Below are positions 23,681 to 32,477 of a stretch of 64,000 bases of DNA, piece after piece (position 1 is the first letter of the stretch; each line of letters opens with the position of its first letter). Origin of the DNA: an uncultured SAR116 cluster alpha proteobacterium (GTDB lineage: Bacteria > Pseudomonadota > Alphaproteobacteria > Puniceispirillales > Puniceispirillaceae). Both the position numbers and the translations under genes were made by a program. The notes beneath the pieces were generated by a model. That model was not told the origin of the DNA. It saw only the letters and a list, made by a program, of their open reading frames with translations, and searched no databases. The DNA is taken from assembly GCA_902623185.1 (NCBI GenBank), contig CACNSW010000002.1, positions 23,654 through 87,653 on the forward strand, in the 5' to 3' direction.

Positions 23681-24553
23681 ATGATAAGCGATACTCTGAA
23701 AGATTATGCAACCAAATTTGACCGTGATGGCTATGTGCTAATTGAAGATGCTGTTACCGCTGAGCAACTCGCGGCCTTAAACGATCAACTGCGTTGCTGG
23801 ATAGGTGAATCCAGCCTGCATGACGGCAATTTTGGTAAAATCATGGATGGGCGGCCGCGGTTTGACGTAGAACCAAAAACCCACGGGCCCAAGACTCCAG
23901 CACTGCGCCGCATTTCCTCGCCAATCGAGGTGTCCGAAAGCTATCTGGCCGTCACTCGAGACAATGCTGCACTTGACCTCACAGCAGAAATTTTCGGCCC
24001 GAACATTAAACTATTGGCGACCAAGGTCAATTTGAAGCTTCCAGGCTCGGGAACTGCAGTCAGATATCATCAAGATTTTCCCTTTGAACCCCATTCAAAC
24101 GACGATTTAATGACGGTGCTGTTCTTTCTCGATGACGTGACACCCGACAATGGACCACTAGAGGTGGTGCCGGGAAGCCACAAAGGAGAGATCTTTACCT
24201 TATGGCATGATGGTGTGTTCACCGGCGCAGTTGACCCAAACATCGAGCATGAACTGCATAACATGTCGGTCAGTTGTACTGGCAAGGCAGGCTCCGCTTG
24301 TCTGATGCATACACGCCTGCTACATGCCTCACTACCAAACATGACTGACGCCCCGCGCAGTCTGTTCATCGTGACCTATGTAGCAGAAGATGCGGTGGCC
24401 TTATCACCTAACCCAATACCGCATATCTTTGATGGGGAGATTGTGCGTGGACGCTACACCGGACGGGTTCGCAGCACACGCTACGAAATGGATCTGCCCG
24501 AATATCCGAAGGAAGCTTCTTTCTTCGGCCAGCAGGACAAGGTGAAGGCTTAG
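23681..24553 (+). CDS. Phytanoyl-CoA dioxygenase (PhyH) family Fe(II)/2-oxoglutarate oxygenase
   Basis: DGYVLIED, YHQDFPF, DNGPLEVVPGSH and HASLPN...R pattern. Confidence 0.8.
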   Translation: MISDTLKDYATKFDRDGYVLIEDAVTAEQLAALNDQLRCWIGESSLHDGNFGKIMDGRPRFDVEPKTHGPKTPALRRISSPIEVSESYLAVTRDNAALDLTAEIFGPNIKLLATKVNLKLPGSGTAVRYHQDFPFEPHSNDDLMTVLFFLDDVTPDNGPLEVVPGSHKGEIFTLWHDGVFTGAVDPNIEHELHNMSVSCTGKAGSACLMHTRLLHASLPNMTDAPRSLFIVTYVAEDAVALSPNPIPHIFDGEIVRGRYTGRVRSTRYEMDLPEYPKEASFFGQQDKVKA

Positions 24554-24602
24554 GTTAAGACAGATCACGGGTTATTTAATGTATACATAGTGGAAAGGTT
24601 TT

Positions 24603-25481
24603 ATGACAAAAAATGCAGCTATGCTGCTGATCCTGCTCGGCGGAACGTTTATGAGTTTTGTGGGGCTGATGATGCGGCTTCTGGAAACAACAGATGGCCT
24701 AGTCATCCTGTTTTACCGTTCGATCGGCTTGGTGCTGATTGTCGGTACGGTTGCCTGTCTGCGACGCCGCACGTCGCCAGCAGCCTTTCTTTCGAGCCTT
24801 GACCGTACCGACGCACTGATAGGAGTGGCACTTGGCATTGCATTTATTACCTATGTTTTTGCCATGTTGATGACTTCAGTAGCCTCGACACTGTTTTTGT
24901 TGACAACATCGCCCTTTCTTGCAGCCATTCTTGGCTGGGCCTGGATTGGCGAGAAGCCACATTCCTTTACTTGGTATGCGATGATAGTGGCACTGATCGG
25001 AGTTGCCATAATGCTTGGTGATGGCTTAAAAATGGGCCGGACCACCGGCAATCTGATAGCCCTTGCATCGGCTCTAGCCTTTGCCGTGATGCTTGTTCTA
25101 GCCCGCAGAAGTAAGCGTGAGGATGTGCTTGGCGGTACATTCTGCGGTGGGGTTTTCGCTGGCAGTATGGGGGCAGTTATGGCGTTGGTTCTCAGTGATG
25201 GCCTCGCTATTTCAACCCATGACCTTGGAATAACGCTATTCATGGGAGCTTTTACTATCGGTATTGGCATTGCATTTGTGACTTGGGGCACATCCTACGT
25301 ACCAGCAGCAGAAGTCAGCCTATTGGTCTTGATTGAAAGTGTGCTGGGTCCGGTATGGCCATGGCTATTTCTTGGCGAGGCGATGAGCCACCTGGAGATA
25401 GCTGGCGGCATTGTGGTGCTAGCGGCGGTAGCATTGCTGGCATTGACCAGTCGCGAGACCGCTAAGAATGATAGTCTTTAA
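24603..25481 (+). CDS. DMT superfamily (EamA-like) transporter
   Basis: About 10 TM segments with two EamA-like halves. Confidence 0.8.
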   Translation: MTKNAAMLLILLGGTFMSFVGLMMRLLETTDGLVILFYRSIGLVLIVGTVACLRRRTSPAAFLSSLDRTDALIGVALGIAFITYVFAMLMTSVASTLFLLTTSPFLAAILGWAWIGEKPHSFTWYAMIVALIGVAIMLGDGLKMGRTTGNLIALASALAFAVMLVLARRSKREDVLGGTFCGGVFAGSMGAVMALVLSDGLAISTHDLGITLFMGAFTIGIGIAFVTWGTSYVPAAEVSLLVLIESVLGPVWPWLFLGEAMSHLEIAGGIVVLAAVALLALTSRETAKNDSL

Positions 25482-25495
25482 AATGGGAGAGTAAA

Positions 25496-25948
25496 ATGAC
25501 CAATCGACAGCAACGGGGCGCACCAGAAATGGCTTTATGGCTAGGTTATAGTGGCCTAGTGCCCTTTGCTATCTGCGCCGCAGCGGCGCACGGAAATACG
25601 CCGACGATTGCCGCTTATGGGTTGATTGGAGCAGCAAACTACGGCGCTGTAATCCTCAGTTTCGTAGGTGCCATCCATTGGGGGTTGGCGATGCAGGATG
25701 AACGCCACGTCTATTGGTTCTCATGGTCAGTCACGCCGGCCCTGCTGGCGTGGGCGGCAGTCAGCCTGTTAGATGTCCGGTTGAGCGTTCTTGCGCTAGC
25801 ACCCGCCTTCACCCTTGCCTGGTCAGTGGATAGGCGGGCGTTCCAGCGTGGCTTACTGCCGGCATGGTACATGCAGCTGCGACATGTTTTGACTAGCGGC
25901 GCGGTTGTTGGGTTGCTTTTTACAGCATTTGCTCCGGCCATTTCCTAA
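25496..25948 (+). CDS. DUF3429 family membrane protein
   Basis: LGYSGLVPF...YGAVILSFVGAIHWGLAM pattern; 4 TM segments. Confidence 0.7.
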   Translation: MTNRQQRGAPEMALWLGYSGLVPFAICAAAAHGNTPTIAAYGLIGAANYGAVILSFVGAIHWGLAMQDERHVYWFSWSVTPALLAWAAVSLLDVRLSVLALAPAFTLAWSVDRRAFQRGLLPAWYMQLRHVLTSGAVVGLLFTAFAPAIS

Positions 25949-25963
25949 TTTCCAGGTACACTG

Positions 25964-26836
25964 TTATCTATTTCGTGATCGTAGCATGATGATATTGCCG
26001 ATTAAAACAAGCGCCAGGCCAAAAATGGCAAAAGCTGTCCATTGATAACTCTCAAAAGCGGTTGAAATCAGCAGGGCAAACGCTGGAAACATGACGGTGG
26101 CATAGCCGGCATGGCCTGGACCAATCCGGCCAACAAGCGTGAGATAACAAGCAAATGTAATCACCGACGAAATAACAACTAGCCACAGTAGAGACAGTAG
26201 ATAGACAGGAGTAAACTCAATGATGAAAGGGCTGCCATTGGCCAGTGATAACAATCCCAGCAAGGCGGTGCCATAGGCCATTCCCCATGTGTTTGCCCCC
26301 ATCACTGGCAAACCAGCGCGCTGATTCGCCGCCGAAACAAGATTGCCAGCGCTGAAAAACAGGGTACCAGCAAGGCACATGCCAAGGCTAACAAGTGCCT
26401 TCTCCGACGCCCTCAATTCCGGCAGATATAACAGCAGAACGCCACAAATGCCGGTGAACGCCGCTACTAGATGCATCCATTTTGGTGTTCGCCTTGAAAT
26501 TAGTGCTACCATTAGAACAATAAAGAGCGAAGCAGTCGAAAACACTACTGCAAGCAGGCCCGACGCTCCATAATTGCCAGCATAGTAAAACAACAGGAAA
26601 TTGGTCGAGAACAAGCATAGGCCAAGCGCAAGAAACCTAAAATGATCACACGCCGCATAGCGCAACCTCTGTTTCGAAACCACCGAAAGACCGAACATCA
26701 AGAGAGCTGCGGCTAAAAAACGCCAGAATAGCGAAACTTCGGGAGCTACCACGCCAAGCTGGTGCTTCAACATGATCCAGCTTGTCGACCAGCCAAAAAC
26801 CATAACTGCATAGAGCACATAATCCCGCGGTGTCAT
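25964..26836 (-). CDS. DMT superfamily (EamA-like) transporter
   Basis: Polytopic with two EamA-like halves. Start set at ATG 26836 (MTPRDYVLYAVMVFGWS); the track ORF extends to 26971. Confidence 0.78.
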   Translation of the reverse strand: MTPRDYVLYAVMVFGWSTSWIMLKHQLGVVAPEVSLFWRFLAAALLMFGLSVVSKQRLRYAACDHFRFLALGLCLFSTNFLLFYYAGNYGASGLLAVVFSTASLFIVLMVALISRRTPKWMHLVAAFTGICGVLLLYLPELRASEKALVSLGMCLAGTLFFSAGNLVSAANQRAGLPVMGANTWGMAYGTALLGLLSLANGSPFIIEFTPVYLLSLLWLVVISSVITFACYLTLVGRIGPGHAGYATVMFPAFALLISTAFESYQWTAFAIFGLALVLIGNIIMLRSRNR

Positions 26837-27050
26837 AACGATCTCCAGGCCATCAAATCTGATAATACAGATTTGATGTGGGGGTACCGGGAGGCGCCAA
26901 AGCGGAACCGATGAAAGGAGCAATCTGCTCATGGCGGCGGCCTGAATTTTTGGTAGAAAATCTAAATTCATCGCATTTACTTAACGAAAACAAAATAATT
27001 TCAGCGGTATGGATGAGCCTAGTAAAGATTTTCATAACGGCGGGTATTAT

Positions 27051-27422
27051 TCATGACCTAGCTGTAGTGCTTAGTTGCCAATCACCAGTGTTAATGTCCA
27101 AAAACGCTTCAACAGCCGCGGTTGCGATGACCGAAACATTATCATTTTCCAAATCACGGGAATCGAGACCACCCTTGACAACACGAACCTCAGGCGCGCC
27201 GCGAGGTAGTTCCGCGCGCACGCGGTCAATATCCACAAACTCTGGAGCCTGAACCCCGATGGTAACTCTCACTAGCATGTCTCGATGATCATAACCAAGA
27301 GAGCGAAACAGCGTGATAGAACTATGATGCAGCGCGTCCTGCACGGCACGGCATGCTGCCTTGGTATAGTCTTTACCATAAAGGTCATTTCCGGTACCCA
27401 TCTCGAGTATCAGCCGTTTCAT
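27051..27422 (-). CDS. Lin0512 family protein (unknown function), paralogue B
   Basis: EMGTGNDLYGKDYTKAACRAVQDAL resembles the Lin0512_fam N-terminus as I remember it. Its ATG overlaps the upstream paralogue's TGA (ATGA). Confidence 0.6.
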   Translation of the reverse strand: MKRLILEMGTGNDLYGKDYTKAACRAVQDALHHSSITLFRSLGYDHRDMLVRVTIGVQAPEFVDIDRVRAELPRGAPEVRVVKGGLDSRDLENDNVSVIATAAVEAFLDINTGDWQLSTTARS

Positions 27423-27787
27423 GCCACGCCCTTTCCACTTTCCGCTGGCTCCATATCAAATGAAACACTGACCACCGCGTTGGCAATAATCGTAGGCCCA
27501 TTTCCATCCGGCTTTGGTACGTCAAGGCCGCCATGAACAACGCTAACAAAACCTTGGCCATAGGGAAGAACACACTCCACTGCAGCAATGTCGACTGCGT
27601 TGGGCTGCTGAACACCAATCTCGACATCGACAATCATATCCGATTTGTCAAAACCAAAGACTTCTGCCAGCGACAGGGAATTATGCCAAAGAGCATCTCT
27701 GAGCGCACGCACCGCAGCTTTCGTATAATCAGCTTGCCGGAGCGAAGTTCCCATGCCAAATTGCATTGCAACGCGCATCTTTGCCAT
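27419..27787 (-). CDS. Lin0512 family protein (unknown function), paralogue A
   Basis: QFGMGTSLRQADYTKAAVRALRDAL, with the same architecture as the downstream paralogue. Confidence 0.6.
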   Translation of the reverse strand: MAKMRVAMQFGMGTSLRQADYTKAAVRALRDALWHNSLSLAEVFGFDKSDMIVDVEIGVQQPNAVDIAAVECVLPYGQGFVSVVHGGLDVPKPDGNGPTIIANAVVSVSFDMEPAESGKGVA

Positions 27788-28065
27788 CTATAGACCTGCC
27801 CATGACCCAACGTCTATGGGCGTCTCCATCAGTTGTTTCTCGATATATTAACACTCAATTTAACCAACGGAAATGTTATTTACCAATGGCCGGCCAAAAC
27901 ATCACTTTTTTGAGTATGTTAACCGATTTAAGGTCTCACTGAAAAATGATTGAAGTCAATTAGCACAGCGGTCCCACGGGACCGTTAAATAAAGGCCAAA
28001 ACTGACGTTGAGCAGAGCAGCGAAGACAATAGCGACTGATACTCCAGAAAATTACGCCCAGGCAA

Positions 28066-28401
28066 TCAAAGGTCAAATTTTGCCTGAACATCCTGACCCC
28101 AACCAATGTAGCTAGAACCAGCAACAGTGATAACAGGACGTTTCATTAGAGTGGGGTAAGCCATCAACAAAGTAAGCGGGTCGATATTTCGCGTCTTGTC
28201 ATCTAGGCTGCGCCAAGTGGTTGATTTGCGATTAATTATAATATCCTTGCCATGCGTCACTAGCCATTCTGAGAGCTGCGCCTCCGGCACACCATCAGCG
28301 CGCAGGTCAATTATCTCAAGTCGATATCCAGCGGCTTCCAGCTTTCTAATCGCCCTTTTGCAGATGTCGCAACTTTTTAGCGTATAAATTGTCATTTCCA
28401 T
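28066..28401 (-). CDS. ArsC/Spx/YffB family protein (thioredoxin-fold)
   Basis: IYTLKSCDICKRA...INRKSTTWRSL...PTLMKRPVI. Confidence 0.75.
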   Translation of the reverse strand: MEMTIYTLKSCDICKRAIRKLEAAGYRLEIIDLRADGVPEAQLSEWLVTHGKDIIINRKSTTWRSLDDKTRNIDPLTLLMAYPTLMKRPVITVAGSSYIGWGQDVQAKFDL

Positions 28402-28594
28402 TCATTTGATACCACTCGTTTTAACCACCAAAAAGATTTTTACCGGATTATGGCCCCGGTGCTTCACAGAGTGACAAAACACAAATGCTTTTACCAGCAT
28501 TGAATTAGAGGAAGTGCGTCCGGTCAATGCTACTCTAGCACAATAAAAATATGCTAAGATGACCAAAGTGGAGCATGGTATTGAGGTCGATTTG

Positions 28595-29833
28595 ATGAGA
28601 TGTGTATTTTTGCTTTTAATACTGGTGACGCAAACAATAACAAGCGCCTCGGAATCGTCTATGTTTTCGTCCAATGAACTTCTAACCATCCAGGCTGAGG
28701 TATGTAGACGTCTGAACAGACCTAATGGCGAGCCGACAGAAACTGGATCAAAAGGGACCGCGTTCTTCCTTAACTCCGCCACTGTTAAAGCACAAGTCGA
28801 AGTTTCTCCCTTTCCCTCGTTGTCAAATTGGCGGATGGCAATAGTAACTGTCTTTGACACTGAGCAACTTCCAACTGTGCAAATGCGACTTGCCAAGGGT
28901 TGCAAGCCAGTCCGCACCCGTCAAATTGTCCGTCAGCCTGATCAAGCCGTTTTCTCCATTGTCGACCTCGATCACAACTTTATGCCAATTGGTAGCGCCG
29001 AGGTGCAAAATCCTAGGCATCATTTCAGTCCAAAGCCAGCAGACGATAACCCTAAAAACCCACGAATCGCCATTGTCGACACCGGTGTTAATTACACACT
29101 TTCAGACTTTCAGAGTCATATCGCAATTGACGCTGATGGCCGTTTGATTGGCTATGATTTCTGGGAATATGATGATTGGCCATATGACAGTGATCCTCGA
29201 CGCAACATCTTTTTCCCTCTTCATCACGGCTCAACTGTTTTCAGTGTTCTCAGCCGCGAGGCTGGTGAGTCGACAATCTCCATCTACCGCTTTCCAGCAC
29301 TGAAAATGTGCCAGTTTTCGGCACTGCTAGAACATATTGCAAGAACTCCTGTTCGTTTAGTGAATCTGTCGATGGGGTCAGATGACTATGAGGATTGGAA
29401 ATGCTTTGAGAGTGCGGCCAAGAGCCTGCCCGATCTCCTATTTATCGTCTCGGCAGGCAATAATGGCCGCAACATAGACCTCGATCCGCTTTACCCTGCA
29501 TCTCTAGCGCTGGAAAACATGATTGTCGTGTCGTCTGCAAATTCATTTGGCAGACTAGGTAAAGACTCTAATTTTGGAAAAAAACATGTGGACCTAATGG
29601 TTCCCGCTGAAGAGATTGAAGTTATCGACCATCGTGGAGCGCGGGCCAAAACTGGTGGAACAAGCTATGCCGCACCCCGGGTCACAGCCCTACTAGGCCG
29701 ATATCTGCAGAGCAACCCTACAGCGAAGACGCAGGAATTAATAAACTTTCTGCGCGATCGGGCAATTCCAAGCGCTGGGGATCAGGTAAAATTTGGCTGG
29801 ATTCCAGACCCCACCGACGATTTTGGTTTCTAA
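28595..29833 (+). CDS. Exported S8 (subtilisin-like) serine peptidase
   Basis: Catalytic set IAIVDTGVN (Asp), HHGSTV (His), SAGNNG (oxyanion Asn) and GGTSYAAP (Ser). Signal-like MRCVFLLLILVTQTITSA from ATG 28595, then an unrecognised N-terminal region of about 160 aa. The track ORF starts at 28559. Confidence 0.85.
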   Translation: MRCVFLLLILVTQTITSASESSMFSSNELLTIQAEVCRRLNRPNGEPTETGSKGTAFFLNSATVKAQVEVSPFPSLSNWRMAIVTVFDTEQLPTVQMRLAKGCKPVRTRQIVRQPDQAVFSIVDLDHNFMPIGSAEVQNPRHHFSPKPADDNPKNPRIAIVDTGVNYTLSDFQSHIAIDADGRLIGYDFWEYDDWPYDSDPRRNIFFPLHHGSTVFSVLSREAGESTISIYRFPALKMCQFSALLEHIARTPVRLVNLSMGSDDYEDWKCFESAAKSLPDLLFIVSAGNNGRNIDLDPLYPASLALENMIVVSSANSFGRLGKDSNFGKKHVDLMVPAEEIEVIDHRGARAKTGGTSYAAPRVTALLGRYLQSNPTAKTQELINFLRDRAIPSAGDQVKFGWIPDPTDDFGF

Positions 29834-30948
29834 GGAGCAAATGCGTTGTTAATGAAATCGCGTGCCAGCGGCAGGGCCGCCGGGTTATATATCTCCATCA
29901 ATGCAAGCACACGATCTGCTAAAGGCCTGTCCTTAAGAACACCGGCTACCTGAGTTGCTAAGCGTAAAGCCTGAGGGTTCTGTGGATCAATATCTAAATA
30001 CCGTTCCAGTATCGGTCGTTCCTTTTCCATCTGCCGATTAAGATGATAAGTCACGGCCAACGACATCAGACTGTTTGGGCTGTCAGGATCCAATTTAAGA
30101 CTTTCATGCAAAAACATTTCGGCCAGTTGGAACATCCACCATTCACCAAATTTTTGACCGGCCTGATCAAACAGCATCTTATTACGAGATTCCAAACAGG
30201 CCGTTTTCAGCGCCAAAACCAAATCAGTAGGGGGGTCTTTGATAATTGAAGCAGATTCATGCAATAAATCGGCGCAGCGCCGAATGGACGTTCCTTGGAT
30301 ACGAAATTCCTGTTCATGTGTGTGGTCACTGCGCGCAAATAAGGCTGATAGATGCTGTATGGGAATGATCTCACTCAAACTACCGTCGCCAGCCGCAAGA
30401 ATACCAATTAACTCGCCAGAAACATCCAACACGGCGCCACCACTATTGCCGGGTAGCGCCCGAGCATCAGCGTGAATGCGAGCTTGAGGCAACATTGCTG
30501 AGTTAGGATAACGGGCAAATGTGCTTTGCTGATAGGCGCGTGGCTGGTTACGACCTTGATCAAAGGCAACAACGGTGAGGTTTGGCGAATGTTTAGGAGT
30601 CAAGACATCCCAACTGGGTAGCTCATTGTCTGTTCCATCAATGCGTATCAAAACCAAATCAACTGGCACGTCATGTGGTATAACATGAGCGAGACTTATT
30701 TCATTGCTCGGTAAGCGTATCAAAACGGTTTCATAATCCTCAACCACATGACGATTGGTTAGCACAAAACCTTCATCAATGAGCGTTCCAGACGCAATCA
30801 TATTTGGTGTCTTAATGCCAACCACCCGATCTGTCCAAGCGCAGATATTTGAATTAGCCTTGCAAGACGCAATGGCCGATCCGGCATGGTAAAGTGTCAT
30901 TAATGCAGCAACATAAAAAAGTAATCTATTGGGCGAGAGGAATTTCAT
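29830..30948 (-). CDS. Exported or lipoprotein S1 (trypsin/DegP-like) serine protease with a C-terminal helical-repeat (TPR-like) region
   Basis: Triad contexts TNRHVV (His), VDLVLIRI (Asp) and GNSGGAV (Ser). N-terminus MKFLSPNRLLFYVAALMTLYHAGSAIASC fits a lipobox (IASC). The C-terminal 150 aa or so is helical-repeat-like. The track ORF starts at 30996. Confidence 0.8.
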   Translation of the reverse strand: MKFLSPNRLLFYVAALMTLYHAGSAIASCKANSNICAWTDRVVGIKTPNMIASGTLIDEGFVLTNRHVVEDYETVLIRLPSNEISLAHVIPHDVPVDLVLIRIDGTDNELPSWDVLTPKHSPNLTVVAFDQGRNQPRAYQQSTFARYPNSAMLPQARIHADARALPGNSGGAVLDVSGELIGILAAGDGSLSEIIPIQHLSALFARSDHTHEQEFRIQGTSIRRCADLLHESASIIKDPPTDLVLALKTACLESRNKMLFDQAGQKFGEWWMFQLAEMFLHESLKLDPDSPNSLMSLAVTYHLNRQMEKERPILERYLDIDPQNPQALRLATQVAGVLKDRPLADRVLALMEIYNPAALPLARDFINNAFAP

Positions 30949-31135
30949 TTTCGTTCCGTGCGAAAAAATTGCGTTACCGACGAGGTGCGACATCATTTCG
31001 ACGGATGCAAGTGGAGTTAGAAGCGACCTTCTGTCGCAAAGGATCTAGGAAAAAAATTGAAGAGTGCGCCGCTTGGCAGCCCAAACCCGATACAATAAGA
31101 GCGTTGTCTATTTCAAACATAGTCTAATTGCCAGC

Positions 31136-31873
31136 TTAACCGAGCTCGTTTCTGATTTCTTTTGAAAAGTACGAGAAAGCTTTTTTGCGGGCATCTTTGT
31201 TATCACCGAGTAGAGCCATTGACATCTCTGCATTCGCAGTTACCACGCGCGCCGAAGCAATCAAGCATTCCTGTCTTTTCTTGACTGGAATAAAGCCGCT
31301 CTGCACCAACACGTCGGTAAGCAACTTCACGACCATACCTTGAGAGACAGTGCCTTCCAAATACCAACAGGACATTTCAAAGTGATTTTTCTTGGGATCG
31401 TTATCAATCTGTAATTCAAAAGGATTTTCAAAATTAATTGCCGCACTTAATTGGTCTACAAATTGTGCTTCCTTTATATGCACTGAACCATCTGCAAAGG
31501 CTAACTCACAGAAAAAAGCTAAAAGGGCTTGTTTTTCTCCTTCTGATGATAAGTTCATCTTTGAGAATGTCTCTAGCGTCAAAGCCTCCCATTTTTCAAA
31601 TATAGTTTTGTCAAAATTAGCTAGTAGACGAGATACCTCTTCCACCGCTTGAATCAATTCTTTTTTTGCAAATTTTTTTCCTAAAAATTTTTTGCCTAAC
31701 TCACTAATCTTTTCTATTTCGCTTTCGCTTATCTCTCCGTCAATGCAGCACATAAAGGCCGCAGCAAATGGCAAGAATTGGACAAGATTGGCACTGGCTG
31801 GCCGACTCCGTTTAAAATTGTCAATGAATTTTGCTGATGCGTTTGCAGAAGCCACCGCCAACCTCGATTTCAA
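31136..31873 (-). CDS. TerB-like domain protein with an unrecognised C-terminal domain
   Basis: Two symmetric aDG...E motifs typical of the TerB/DjlA-N fold (MCCIDGEISESEIEKI and LAFADGSVHIKEAQFV). No signal peptide. The last 95 aa or so are unassigned. Confidence 0.5.
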   Translation of the reverse strand: MKSRLAVASANASAKFIDNFKRSRPASANLVQFLPFAAAFMCCIDGEISESEIEKISELGKKFLGKKFAKKELIQAVEEVSRLLANFDKTIFEKWEALTLETFSKMNLSSEGEKQALLAFFCELAFADGSVHIKEAQFVDQLSAAINFENPFELQIDNDPKKNHFEMSCWYLEGTVSQGMVVKLLTDVLVQSGFIPVKKRQECLIASARVVTANAEMSMALLGDNKDARKKAFSYFSKEIRNELG

Positions 31874-32477
31874 GCTGATTCTAACCAGAGGCTACCTAAA
31901 AAATTAGAAAATTACAAAGACCAGAACTATAATTTAGAAATCACTTAAAGATTTATGAAGTTGGAGATAACCATTGTTAAGCTCCAAGAACTAATTTCCA
32001 TCCTGCTCAGTTCATTTTTATAAGGCGAAGAAGACCTGACGTTTACTGTAGATCATTACTTAATTCTCTGGAGTAATCACAGTATTTTTTGATTTATATA
32101 AACCTTAGGAAAAGTATTTGTACATTTCGGTGGAGATCCCAAGATGTCTAAAAAAACTGAACCCCAATTATTTCTAAAAGAAGATTGTAGTTGAAATTAC
32201 TCACTTTTCTTATCCAGTGCCAACGCATTTTCTATGCATTACACCCATTTTGTATATTGCCCGCCTATCACTATTGGCAGCAAACAGACTTTTTTAGTAT
32301 ACGATTTCATTATATTTATCGGCGTCAAGAACTGCAAACCCATCCCCATAATAGCGTGCACCATCATTGGAAACAAAAAAACTAGACACCAAAGTCAACG
32401 TAAAGACTACGCAACAAAATGCAGAACGGAATCAATTCGAAATAAAATATGGTTTTTATTAATCTGACCGAAAATCA

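Noticed and set aside
27969-27984. Palindrome CGGTCC-cacg-GGACCG downstream of the ArsC-family gene.
   Set aside because: It lacks a flanking T-run on either strand and lies about 85 nt from the stop codon. Not convincing as a terminator.
28402-28917. 171-aa minus-strand ORF overlapping the 5' part of the S8 peptidase gene.
   Set aside because: It is antisense to a gene with clear catalytic motifs downstream. The composition is not protein-like (Ser/Thr/Cys-rich, no motif). It would abut the ArsC-family gene with no spacer. Treated as a shadow ORF.
32191-32467. Two overlapping plus-strand ORFs (64 and 77 aa) in the AT-rich spacer between the TerB-like and 794-aa genes.
   Set aside because: The translations are low-complexity and hydrophobic/aromatic, as expected from AT-rich DNA. 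There is no RBS and they overlap each other.
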